In this document: piece after piece, positions 25,020 through 35,099 of the stretch
Layout: each line of letters opens with the position of its first letter
Numbering within the stretch: position 1 is the stretch's first letter
Assembly (NCBI RefSeq): GCF_000315625.1
Contig: NW_005434470.1
Coordinates: 8,832-72,831, forward strand
Direction: 5' to 3'
DNA length: 64,000 bases
DNA from: Guillardia theta CCMP2712
Lineage: Eukaryota; Protista; Cryptophyta
Made by a program: the position numbers and the translations under genes
The notes under the pieces: generated by a model
Told to the model about the DNA's origin: nothing
The model's input: the letters and a program-made list of their open reading frames with translations, nothing else
Database searches by the model: none

Positions 25020-27170
25020 CCGTTAAAAGTATTGTAAATCTGGGGTTAAATTATTTGTTAAATGAAACGATTCGAGCGCGAAGCGACTGGTTTTGGACAG
25101 ATCTACCCCACGGTCCAATGACTGATGTAGCTGGTTTGAAGCACCGGTGGGCCTTGTCAGTAATTATTGTGTATAATTTTAATAGAGTAAATGGGGGGCT
25201 GGAGGATACCGAAAGGATATCTCTTCGATGATCTAGAACAACATTCTTCGTCGTTTGGACGTAAGTCTGGTACACCCGGTGAGATTTTTAAAACTCTTCT
25301 AAACCACCTGTGGTTTTCTATGGGAACAACGGTGGGTAGCAGTATTTCCAACCCTCCTCCGCTGTTAAACATTTTCAAATTTATATTCGTCATTTCTCCA
25401 TTTCTGTACATCGTTTTGAAATCCTTCTCTGATTCCACTCAAGTTTGCTTTTGCGGTGCATCTGTTTTATGTTGGTACGTTCTATAAATCCATTATATAG
25501 AACCCCAGTACAACAAAAAAAACAAGAGACATTTTTCGCCCCCAAAGACCACATCAGAGGTCCTGCTATGGTGTACCCCTACCACCCTTAAACGCACCAT
25601 AGCTCACTCGATGGACCACCAACTACGGTCCAACAAATCCTCGATAACCCCTCAATAGATTTACAACCACATGTTCTTCGTGAGGGAATTCACTCACTTC
25701 CATCAACGTATGGGGTCGGGGGCTCCTTTCAACACCACCCCTACCCATCGATATCTCCTGGATGCCAAAGGAGACCTTCTAAAAGCAATTTTTGTGGCTC
25801 AGCACTATACAAACATATTGTTGGAAAAAAAGACATTCAATGTCTAGTTTACAGGTATGTAGGGGTATCCTCTGTATCAATAAGCTGTACATGGGGTACC
25901 TAAAATTGGGGGGTTCATCAAGTATATTGGGGTCTGAACATGCAAGGGGCAGCACTATTCCATACAGGTATAATAAAATAACTATGATATCCATTCCCTG
26001 GTGATGCAAAAGTTCTAATAAACCATCCTGTGCAATTACCCAGGGGTGGGGTTAAAAACATGGGGTAGGGGGTAATGAGATCTCAAACCATGTTTGGAAG
26101 GCCCGGGGGGGCGAGAATGCGACTGCTCCCGCATGGAGAGAATCTCGGTCACCCGTACTTTTCCACTGATTGATAGGAATTGAGGGGGTAGGGTAGGGAT
26201 GAGTCTGGTGCAAGCGAGGCCGATAGAAAGATGTCAGCTGACGGGTATCAGGTTTGGCATCTCTTTTCGAGGAGACGGAGGGGTGGTGTAAGGATTCCTA
26301 CCCTACCCTACCCTACCCTACCATACAGTACACAACTGCTCCACCACCCTCGCTTTCGCGCTTTGGATGTCTTGTTTCCCAACAAATAAAACTACCCATC
26401 GTGAGACTAGTGATCTTCCATGGTGGGGTGTTCTCAAAAGGGCCGTGGATACCATCAGTGAGGGGTAGGGAGGGGGGCCCTTTAAAAAGGGAGTTATTGT
26501 ATCCCTTGAGAGTTGCCGTGAGTCACGACTGTTCAGACCTCTCTCATCTTATCTTGCTAGGTCCTTATGGGGTAGGTACTCACCCCTACCCTCTATTGCC
26601 CTCTTGGTGTGCTCTATCAGACGCCTGTCCTTGAGACCAGCCCTGTAACACAGCATGATACCTAAAACTCCTGTCTCCTTTGACCACCCCACCCATCCAT
26701 CCAATGCAACAACCCTTTCACAAGTGTGCATTGGGTCGAAAAGGAGGTTTTTCGATGATAGTTCGGGGGCGACTTGGTAGTAAACGAGATTTTTGGGCTT
26801 ATGTGTCTCCCCCCCTTGGCGACGAGTCCCGTATCTGAAAGATCAACGTTTCGCATCACAAATTCTCGGTAATCTGCGAAAATACTCTGTTTCAGAACAT
26901 CCCCCCGAAGTTTTCGGTGGATGCTTCAGAGTGGGTCGCTTCTCAGTTCAGAAAGACCTGATTTCGAGACCGGGCTACGAAAATCCCAGTTGGAGGCCGC
27001 ATCTTTTCGAAACGCTGGATTTTTGCTGCTTTTGCGACCCATTATGCGGCTCGTGCCATCAAAATTGATTTATTGCAGAACCCCCCAAAAGCCCCCAGCT
27101 CGTACCCTGTTTCACGGGCTACACCCCTTTGTTGCGATTTTCGGATGTGAATGATGATGTCCGATTTCCG
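25020..27170. mobile_element. Putative degenerate element: AT-rich and TACCC/GGGTA-rich body with a TE-end-like segment at ~26730-27170
   Basis: Lower GC than flanking genes, stop-riddled frames and a (TACCC)n run at ~26299-26322. It is followed by a non-coding segment that directly abuts island 3. Confidence 0.4.
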
Positions 27171-28015
27171 AGTCCGCCTCTGCTGCTCAGTGAACTTACC
27201 GTAGTACCCTAGTACCGTACTACGGGCCGCGGCCCGGCCGCCGGGCCTTCCGGGTGAACCGCCGCGCCCGCCGAACTCAGTTCGGAACTTCCGAACGGCA
27301 GCAGTGAGGCTTTCGACTTCCGAAGAGGCTAGTAGGCCGTAGGTGACGAACGTTGAAGTCTTGCACGTTGATCTGACTCGGAATGGCGAGCCTGACTGCC
27401 GCCTTTGATCATCCGATAGGATCTCAGACGGTCGGATCGGACGGGCCGGACTCGATTCAACTTACTAGGGCGCTCACTGTAACTTAAGGCAGAGCCACGG
27501 CACGGTCCCTGCCAGTGCAGGGGCCGAACTTCGGAAGTACGGTCTCCGCCGCGCCGCTCGGACTCGGAGCGGTGGCACTCAGTACAGCACCTTCCGACTC
27601 TTTCCGACCTCCGACCATCCGATCGGACCGTGACGGTCACTGGCCATTGTACCGTACCGTCTGCCGGACTCCTCACCTTGGAGCCGATTGAACAGATTTC
27701 AAGTTTCAACTATCCGCGGCTTGAACTGGGAATCATCGGTCATCACCAGTCAGTGGCCCGGCCCCGGCCGCGGGTGCCGTCCGCAGATGCCATCCCCCGG
27801 ACGTTATGGGCTAGCCGGTCACTCGCCGCCGGACTCCGGCGTAACGTGCTACGGTCGGAGAGTCGGACGCCGTGGCCGGGCCCGGCTGATCATACTACTG
27901 TCGTAACTTTGAGTAAAGTCGCCTGACTGTCGGACGGTTCCGAAGTGATTGCTGACTGAATTGTCCTCGTACTAATCTTTAACTTAACTTTGAGTAAAGG
28001 AACTTCCGAAGGCGA
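27170..28015. repeat. CCGG-rich island 3
   Basis: Palindromes at 27199-27225 and 27271-27285. Shared words at 27285-27299, 27524-27536, 27981-27999 and 27999-28012. Confidence 0.65.
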
Positions 28016-28144
28016 ATCAGGCTGTAGCAACGACGTGAGGCTCGGGAGTTTTGTTTTGTTCTGATCTCTTGCAACATAACACTACAACACGCCTGAAAGC
28101 TCGGACTTCGATCCGGTGACTGGCATTTGTTCACGGCTGCCTCT

Positions 28145-29588
28145 TCACTTCCCTCTCGACCCCTTGGGGTTGAATTTTTTCAGTGTCGACTTAGTCTGAT
28201 GAAACTATATTCAGGACAAGGCAGACTTTCCGGTACGGTCAAGGTCACCTTGTTTTTCTTGGCTTTGCCCTCGTCATCTGAATCTTCCTTCTGGCATCAG
28301 GGTGAGAAGTTGATTGTATCTTGTTCACTCCCAAACCTTGCTCTTGGATGTGGATGAGAAGATGAAAGTTTTTGCACCGTTGCGTATGATGTCAGGGTCC
28401 TCCGATGGCATCGATGGACCGAATCCCTAACCAGCAATCATTGACGGCAACAGCAGCCACAGCACAGACCGCGGTTCTGCGATGTGAATAACCAGGAAAT
28501 GCCGCATGATCGAAGTCGACAGCGGTCTTGAGTTGCAAACTTGGAAGATAGTGAGAAGATTACAAGAGCAACGAGGGGAGCAACCCAGAAATTGCGATTC
28601 CTATCCTCGCAACCTTCCAACTGTCGTAGGGTTCACCTTTTTTGATGGTGACGAAGACTTTGCCTTGATATGATGTGAGCGAATGGAAGACAACTCTGCG
28701 TCATTGCAATCAAACCTGTTGGTGAGAGAATCTTGCTCGAGCTATCAAGGAACTTGCGGATAAGATCTTGATTGGCAGCGATGTTGTCATCCTGCACAAC
28801 ACTCACTATCTTTGTCGTCTGTCACGACTGCACCTGCTCCTTGATCCCAAGGCCGACGTGAGGGAAGTTGAAGATGATAGAGTCATAGGGACCATCCAGC
28901 TCAGGAAGCTCGGCTACTCTGAGAGGAGGGGTAAGAGGAGAGGTCTGGCGCAAACACCACAAGATGCCTTGTTGCGTCGATCTGGAACAGCACGCTGGCC
29001 CCCCCCTCTCTCAGCTTGTCCACGTGCCCTTGAGCATCGTCGTACTTGTTCTGCAGTACCTCTAGCGAGTCATAGCCTGCCGAGCTCTCCATAAGTACTC
29101 CTCACACTCCATCATCAGCTCCCTCCCCATCATACATGTTGACGTGACCGACGATCCGCCTTGCAACAGCTCAAGGAGGGCGACGCTGAAGCTAAAGTTC
29201 CCATCGCCGACCACGAGCACCTGCTCGTCAGGGCCATCTAGATCATGATAACGAGTGGAGGACGGCAGCATTCACCTTCCCTGCCTGCTTTCGGATCTGA
29301 GTTGACGCGGCCTGCAAGGGAGGATTCGGTTGCTGGCTCTTCGCGGAGGGCTTCTGTGAGTTCTGCGGACCGTTCTTGAGGATCACATTCTTGGACCATG
29401 CAGCATTGTGCCCCGACTTCAGTCCTTGCACCAGCATCTCTTGTGCTTTCTGAGTGTTGACATCAGACACGCACATCACAATCCAGGTAGATCAACCCTA
29501 TCACCTTTGGGAGTTTGCCCAGAGCCTTCTTCGCTCCTTTGCTCAGCATCTTCATCCCCTTGCCGCCCTTCTTCCCCCTTTTTGCCAT
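28145..29588 (-). CDS. BMT5: 25S rRNA (uridine-N3)-methyltransferase BMT5-like (DUF2431), multi-exon
   Basis: Basic N-terminus MAKRGKKGGKGMK. Spliced exons VLVVGDGNFSFSVAL, YDSLEVLQNKY, VLFQIDATR, YDSIIFNFPHVG, NQDLIRKFL and KGEPYDSW. Probable stop at 28145-28147. Confidence 0.85.
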
Positions 29589-29859
29589 GACCTGATGAAA
29601 GTCAAACATCAACAACTCCAAACATCAACAAGTATTCATGTACGAAAGCATCTTTTAATTCTAGTTTCGCATCAACAAAACCTGTTCATCCAAACTTCTC
29701 TGCAGCATCTATCCTTCTCGGCATGCCCCTGCTTACTCTGCTACACGGCTCCTTATCAGATCCTTCTCTTCTCTCTTCATCCGAGTCGCGTCCTCACTCT
29801 CTTCTTCCTCCCGCTTCCTCCCGCTTCCCTGCAGACTCCGATTCCCTGCTGCATGTGCG

Positions 29860-30110
29860 AGTACCCCCACCCTTCCACTCCATGCTAAGATCCTTTTTAC
29901 CCATACTTTTCACTGCATAAGTACCGGTACACAGTGCTACCCACCAGGGGGAGGTTGAGAATGGAGTCGGTGCCCGGCCCGGGCCGCCGGGCCGGGCCGG
30001 CTAAAGCTGTTGGTAGACTGCCGGTAGTTCAGTTGCCAGGAACTTCCGAAGGGTCCTCGATGCCGAGCCTGCTTGCCACATGACAGTTGAAAGCTTGCCT
30101 GATCACTGAG
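29860..30110. repeat. Short module 4: TACCC tract followed by a CCGG mini-island
   Basis: TACCC words at ~29860-29945, a GGCCGG run at ~29972-30001, and GGAACTTCCGAAGG at 30039-30052 identical to 27999-28012. Confidence 0.55.
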
Positions 30111-30504
30111 CTTGGAGAGGTACAAGGTTGATGGCTGCTGGGGGAGCCTACAAGGCAACCAACGCCGCGGCGACAGAGAGCGACTCGGATAGATCGGACG
30201 CGGCTGAACGTGGGAGCCTCGGAAGCTGGGCCTTGCGTTCACGGTTGTTCTATCAGGATCTCATCTCATCACATGCCTGTTTGAAGGGAGGTGAGATTGG
30301 ACTAGATCGCATCGGCCTCATGGCTAGCGGGAGCTCTGAGTGAGCGGCACAGGCTGGCCAGCATGATGTGACCGTGGCTCCGATCAAGTAGAGGGTCGAT
30401 CGTCACCCCGAGTGAGCTTAGCAGCGCACGTTTCAAAAGATCTTCCGTCACTTATCACGATCCTACTTAGCAGCTACATCACTCAGACATGCTGCACAGC
30501 AAGG

Positions 30505-32673
30505 TCACGAGGTGGGAACGAAGGGATTCACCATCCAGACCGTAACGTTTCTCCCCTCCCTCCTCGGCTCCTCGCAGACAGGGTCGAGGTACGTCAGAGC
30601 AGGGTACAGGTACTCCTCCTCCTTGGGGTAGACCGACAGGAACTGCAGGGAGCTGCCCATCTGGATTGGTTTGACTTGGATTTCAAACAGCAGCGGGGTC
30701 TCGCTAGCCGCGTACTTGTCCGCTATCGCCTTGCATGCTGTGGTCGACATGCATGCGAACTCCGTCCCTCCTCTCAGCCCAAACTCCCTTGGGACCACTT
30801 TGTCCTTCACCCCGCGCCATAGAGTATACCGCCTGCCAGGCTCTAAGTTGTCCAGGTTGACGATGCGGAGTTTGCAGATTCCTTCAGTGAGGTACATGAC
30901 CGTCATGGCGAGTGGGTGGCGCTTGATCGGCGCACGAAGGTACTTGTTGATGAGCCTGAACGTGTCGGAGGTGTACAACCGGAGAGCGAGCACGTTCTCC
31001 TTGGACAACTTCGCCCGCACGCTGTGAGGGTGGTGCAAGAAGTCCTCCAGCGTCATCCCCCTGTGCAAGTAGTCGTAGTCCTCCTCCTCGATCGCTCCTC
31101 CGTGGTACTGCCTCGAAGCCAACTGCGCCTTGACATGCGGGGGGATCCACTTCTCGTCCCCCGCAGTCCCGGCCAGTATGTACCGCAAGTTGTCAATGTC
31201 GCTCTGCTCTCCATGCTCCTCGATCTCCCTCACTATCCCTGCCACCCCGTCCACCAGCAGTTCCCCATACTCCGACTGGCTCAGCCCCAGGAAGTGCCTC
31301 ACCCCCAACGTCGACTCCTGAACGGCGCCGAGCTTTAGTTCGGCGGCCACGTACTTGCCAGCCTCTGCCCCTCCCGGCGCCATGCCGACATCCTCGGCCA
31401 TGGCAGGCGGACTTTGCCGCAGGGGGATTTGGACGATGACCGAACCCCCAGGAGGGACTTTAATCCACTGCTCCAAGGCATTCCCCCAGGGAGCGTGCAC
31501 GCTAGCCCACGCCTCGAAGCCCCTGGGGTAGCCGCCTTCAAAGAGGAGGAGCACTGAGCTGCTCTCCTCGTGCAACAGGATCTGAACGTCGTCCACCATC
31601 CCAAGCCCTCCCTCTGCCTTGCGATGCACTACACACTGATGCTTGCTCTCGATCGTCTGTTGAGCCACCGAGTCCCTCAGCCTATTGGACGAGCAGCAGT
31701 GGACGACATAGTCCGTCCACGCCACCACCACATGTTTCACGAAGACGTTGGTGACATCATCGGACTCATGGTTCCTCTGGTTCTTTTCCCCTACCCTGTA
31801 CACCCGAGCAGACAGGCCCTCCCTCTCCAGCTCTTCAGCGCTCACGATCTCTGCATCCTCCGTCCCAGCAGCCAGGAAGCTCAGCCTCACTCGCTCCTGA
31901 TGCCTCAGGGGGACTTGAACGAAGGTCGATCCTCCAGGTCGGATCCGTTCCATCAGCCTGGACCACGGAGCACGAACGTCCGCGCCTCCTTCACTTCCGT
32001 TGGGGTAGCCTCCTTCCAGCAGCACGAAGACACAATGACGCCGTTGATCCACATGGAACTGAACATGCTGTACAGCCTTTGGGTCCAGCTTCCCTCCTTT
32101 CCTGTAGAAGATAGCCCGATGTTTCCCCTCCACGAAGAAGCTGCGGTGGACGTCTTCGATGCGGTCGGAGGAGGAGAAGAGGACAAGGAAGTTCGTCCAA
32201 CTCCGGATGATGTGGAGCAACTGGTCCTTCTCGTTTGGCCATGGCGACTCTGCAACTGCAACGTCCTCTCGCTTGATCGCCATGACAGGCGGCTGGCGCA
32301 TTTCAGGGTTGCGGTCTACCCTCACGTTGGGTTCAGTCACGTGTAAGATCGGGCTACCATCCTCCGGCAAATCGCTCTTCACCGTCGGATGAAACCTCTT
32401 GTCTGCTCCCTTTCTATCTGCTCCCTCGGCGACTGCTGTCCTCTCCGATGCCCCACGAGCTCCTGGCTTACCTGCTTCCCCCGTGAGTGCCTTCGAGTCC
32501 TGAGAGCCTGCCAAGGTCTTTGAGATGGTTCTTGTACTCGAGTTCGTGATCACCTGCAATGGATTTGATTTCCTCGTTGACAGTTGCTGACTGTCCACAT
32601 TCCATGGATCCTCTAGAAACTGCGAACAAGTCTCCGTCAGTACACTATGCATGTTATGTGCCATCAAATCCAT
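30505..32673 (-). CDS. Intronless 722-aa protein: two tandem ~105-aa repeats plus a C-terminal ARTC-type (R-S-E) mono-ADP-ribosyltransferase domain
   Basis: LALRLYT..FRLINKYLR, LWRG (catalytic R), CMSTT (STS motif) and SVYPKEEEYL (E-x-E), as in NAD:arginine ADP-ribosyltransferases. Confidence 0.85.
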   Translation of the reverse strand: MDLMAHNMHSVLTETCSQFLEDPWNVDSQQLSTRKSNPLQVITNSSTRTISKTLAGSQDSKALTGEAGKPGARGASERTAVAEGADRKGADKRFHPTVKSDLPEDGSPILHVTEPNVRVDRNPEMRQPPVMAIKREDVAVAESPWPNEKDQLLHIIRSWTNFLVLFSSSDRIEDVHRSFFVEGKHRAIFYRKGGKLDPKAVQHVQFHVDQRRHCVFVLLEGGYPNGSEGGADVRAPWSRLMERIRPGGSTFVQVPLRHQERVRLSFLAAGTEDAEIVSAEELEREGLSARVYRVGEKNQRNHESDDVTNVFVKHVVVAWTDYVVHCCSSNRLRDSVAQQTIESKHQCVVHRKAEGGLGMVDDVQILLHEESSSVLLLFEGGYPRGFEAWASVHAPWGNALEQWIKVPPGGSVIVQIPLRQSPPAMAEDVGMAPGGAEAGKYVAAELKLGAVQESTLGVRHFLGLSQSEYGELLVDGVAGIVREIEEHGEQSDIDNLRYILAGTAGDEKWIPPHVKAQLASRQYHGGAIEEEDYDYLHRGMTLEDFLHHPHSVRAKLSKENVLALRLYTSDTFRLINKYLRAPIKRHPLAMTVMYLTEGICKLRIVNLDNLEPGRRYTLWRGVKDKVVPREFGLRGGTEFACMSTTACKAIADKYAASETPLLFEIQVKPIQMGSSLQFLSVYPKEEEYLYPALTYLDPVCEEPRREGRNVTVWMVNPFVPTS

Positions 32674-32994
32674 CGCTTATCAGGTAATCTCACACATGCG
32701 CATAAATGTAATCCCAGGAGGGAGTAGAAACAGGTAGTTGATGAAAGTAAGTTACAGTTACAAAGTACCGCATGGGAGGGATTGGGGGAACGGGAGGGAG
32801 GAAGAGGGAGGAGGGAGGAGGGAGTAGAGGGGAGACGGGGAGGAAGGGAGCAGTTATCAAGGGTGGACTAAGAGACGAGGCAACGATCGAGGTGAGAGGG
32901 GAGATGGGAGCAGGAGAGGAAGGTGTAGAAGGAGTTGCAGGAGGTAGGGGGTGCAGCTTGTACGGAGGGCGAGCAACAAGGGAAAATGAGGATT

Positions 32995-33270
32995 TCCCGG
33001 CCGTCCGCCGGACGGTGGCACCCGCGGGTCCCCGGCCGGGCCGCGCGGCGGGGGCCCGGTCTCCGAGTCTGGGCCGCGCGGCTCTCAGCGTGACGCGGCC
33101 GGGCCAGAGCCGCTCAGTCATCCGGCGTCCCGGCCCTGAGTTCGCCAGCCGGAGCCGGGGCCCGGGGTGGGGGGGTGGCGGCCGGGCCGGGCTGGATTCC
33201 GAGCACGGCACCGTGCCGAGTCACTGCTGAGGTCAGTTGAAAGAAGCCTTCAAGTTCAGTCAGTGCTGAG
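32995..33270. repeat. CCGG-rich island 5 between the divergent ART and lectin genes
   Basis: GGCCGG/CCCGG and GAGTC/TGAG words as in the other islands, preceded by a G-rich purine tract at ~32770-32990. Confidence 0.55.
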
Positions 33271-33492
33271 TGATCGAAAACCGGAAATAGACCGTACTGG
33301 ACTCTTTGAAAATTCCTAGCTCAAATGACTCGACCGTCGAGTTGGTTGTTTACCGGAGGCTCTACTTTGTTGTCATAGAGTTTTCAAATTTAAGAGGGAG
33401 ATTTTCGCTCTTTAGTCCCAGGTTTGAACTTCGACAACTTTTGACCGTCGGACGGGCGGGCAGTATCTGTACCGAAGAACCCCTGCGTGAAA

Positions 33493-35094
33493 ATGGCCAT
33501 GCAGGCAGGAATCATGATGGCTTCACCATATGGGAGTGAACAGGGCCCGGGTGTAGGCTGGGAACGAGGAGGTTCAGGAGGAGGAGGAGGAGGAGGAGGA
33601 GGACTTTATCCTCAGACGACTCCATCGAATTTGTACCCTGTTACCACTGAGAACCAGTTGCATCCTACCACTTACGCAGAATTGGTGACGACATACACAC
33701 CAATTCCTGTTGCTCAACCCTACGATGGCCGCTCGCAGGCAGCCAAGGACAAGGTCGTCGGTGATTCTCAAGAAACAGCATCGCCCATCGATTTTTGTAC
33801 ATTCATGGGCAGATTTTATGATCCTCTCAACCTTTACAACAAGTTTCGAGAGCATTTTGAGATCAGTGATGAGTACTCTCCTTTTTTCGCTCAGCCCAGC
33901 GACTGCGATGCATACTCGAGGAGGGAGAGGGTATTGGTTTTTATCAACACGATACTGGCAATCTTAGCATCTTCATCTTTTGTCATGATGATGACCGATG
34001 AAAATGACTTCGTGAGGGCATCAGCCGGCGCGGTTATCAGTCCACTGATACAGCGCCTTATGTTGAACGGGTTGTTGAAGAAGATTTTCAAGGCTAAGGC
34101 AGACGAAGGTGGAGGGTGTGAAAGGTTCTTCAAAAGATTTGTCAATGTTCTGGCATTCTTCCTTTGCTGCATATCATGCTTTCTTGGAGTCCTCTTCATC
34201 ATGATCGCCTTCGAGTGCAAATTTTACACTTTTGCAAACCCCAACGCTATTGCCATGGCTTTGGCAGAAGCAAAACTGAACAATACGGCCTTAAAGAATG
34301 TCTCCAACACGTTTGCTGCCAACCAGACTGCACTGGAGGGCGCTACTGTACACAACAGCACAATGGTGAATGGAACGAAATCAACGTTCAACCAAATGAA
34401 GATGGTGTTTACATGTGAAACTAAAAGCCAACAAGCTGCTGAGAGCTTCTGTTCTCAGCTGGGTGGACGCCTGCCATTGTTTGAAATTGATTCCGAACTC
34501 AAGATGGCAACTGAGATCATCAGGGAGCATTTTGACGCCAACTTTGTCACGACCGGAAAACATATTTGGACAGGCCGAGTCGATGACTGGCAGAAATGTG
34601 TCAGTCTTCACTGGGGTGATAAGAATGCAGCACCTTCGTTGGATGATTATCAAGCTTGCTCCGATGCGCACCAATTCATCTGTCTCGTCAACGAAATTCC
34701 TCTCAACCTCAAAGCAGATTTGGCGGACTGCAACTGCGACAACAAGACGAGCACACTGGTCAACAGCTTGCTGATACAGTATGCTTCGTCATACTTCGTT
34801 GGGAACATCTTGAAATACTGCTATAATATTTTGCTAGCCCCGATCTACTTCCTGTGCTTGGGTTCATGCTGCAATTGCATTCGTAAAGTCTTGGATTGGA
34901 CAGTGATGGAAGACTGGGCAAAGTCGGATAGTACAGGGAGTCCTGCTATCATGCATGCGCACAAAGACATGTACTTCACTGTCTTTGTCTGTTACGATGA
35001 GCCAGACAACTTGTGCTGCTTCAAGCCTGCTGAACTAGCAAGTCGAGCTTCTCAAAGTCTCTCTTTCCGGAGTGAACCAGCTGTTGTGACATGA
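33493..35094 (+). CDS. Intronless multi-pass membrane protein with a C-type lectin-like domain in a glycosylated loop
   Basis: Three to four hydrophobic segments. Loop sequons NNT, NVS, NQT, NST and NGT. CTLD pattern AAESFCSQLGGRL...HIWTG...KCVSL...ACSDAHQFIC at ~34410-34690. First ATG at 33493. Confidence 0.75.
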   Translation: MAMQAGIMMASPYGSEQGPGVGWERGGSGGGGGGGGGLYPQTTPSNLYPVTTENQLHPTTYAELVTTYTPIPVAQPYDGRSQAAKDKVVGDSQETASPIDFCTFMGRFYDPLNLYNKFREHFEISDEYSPFFAQPSDCDAYSRRERVLVFINTILAILASSSFVMMMTDENDFVRASAGAVISPLIQRLMLNGLLKKIFKAKADEGGGCERFFKRFVNVLAFFLCCISCFLGVLFIMIAFECKFYTFANPNAIAMALAEAKLNNTALKNVSNTFAANQTALEGATVHNSTMVNGTKSTFNQMKMVFTCETKSQQAAESFCSQLGGRLPLFEIDSELKMATEIIREHFDANFVTTGKHIWTGRVDDWQKCVSLHWGDKNAAPSLDDYQACSDAHQFICLVNEIPLNLKADLADCNCDNKTSTLVNSLLIQYASSYFVGNILKYCYNILLAPIYFLCLGSCCNCIRKVLDWTVMEDWAKSDSTGSPAIMHAHKDMYFTVFVCYDEPDNLCCFKPAELASRASQSLSFRSEPAVVT

Positions 35095-35099
35095 GGTAC

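Noticed and set aside
25051-25487. AT-rich ORF fragments as a viral or transposase relic
   Set aside because: Frames are short and stop-riddled with no recognisable motif. A translated profile search would be needed.
27285-28012. GAACTTCCGAA words as heat-shock elements
   Set aside because: GAA/TTC spacing is 1 nt, not the 2 nt of canonical nGAAn arrays.
31570-32346. 258-aa plus-strand ORF
   Set aside because: Antisense shadow of the ART gene.
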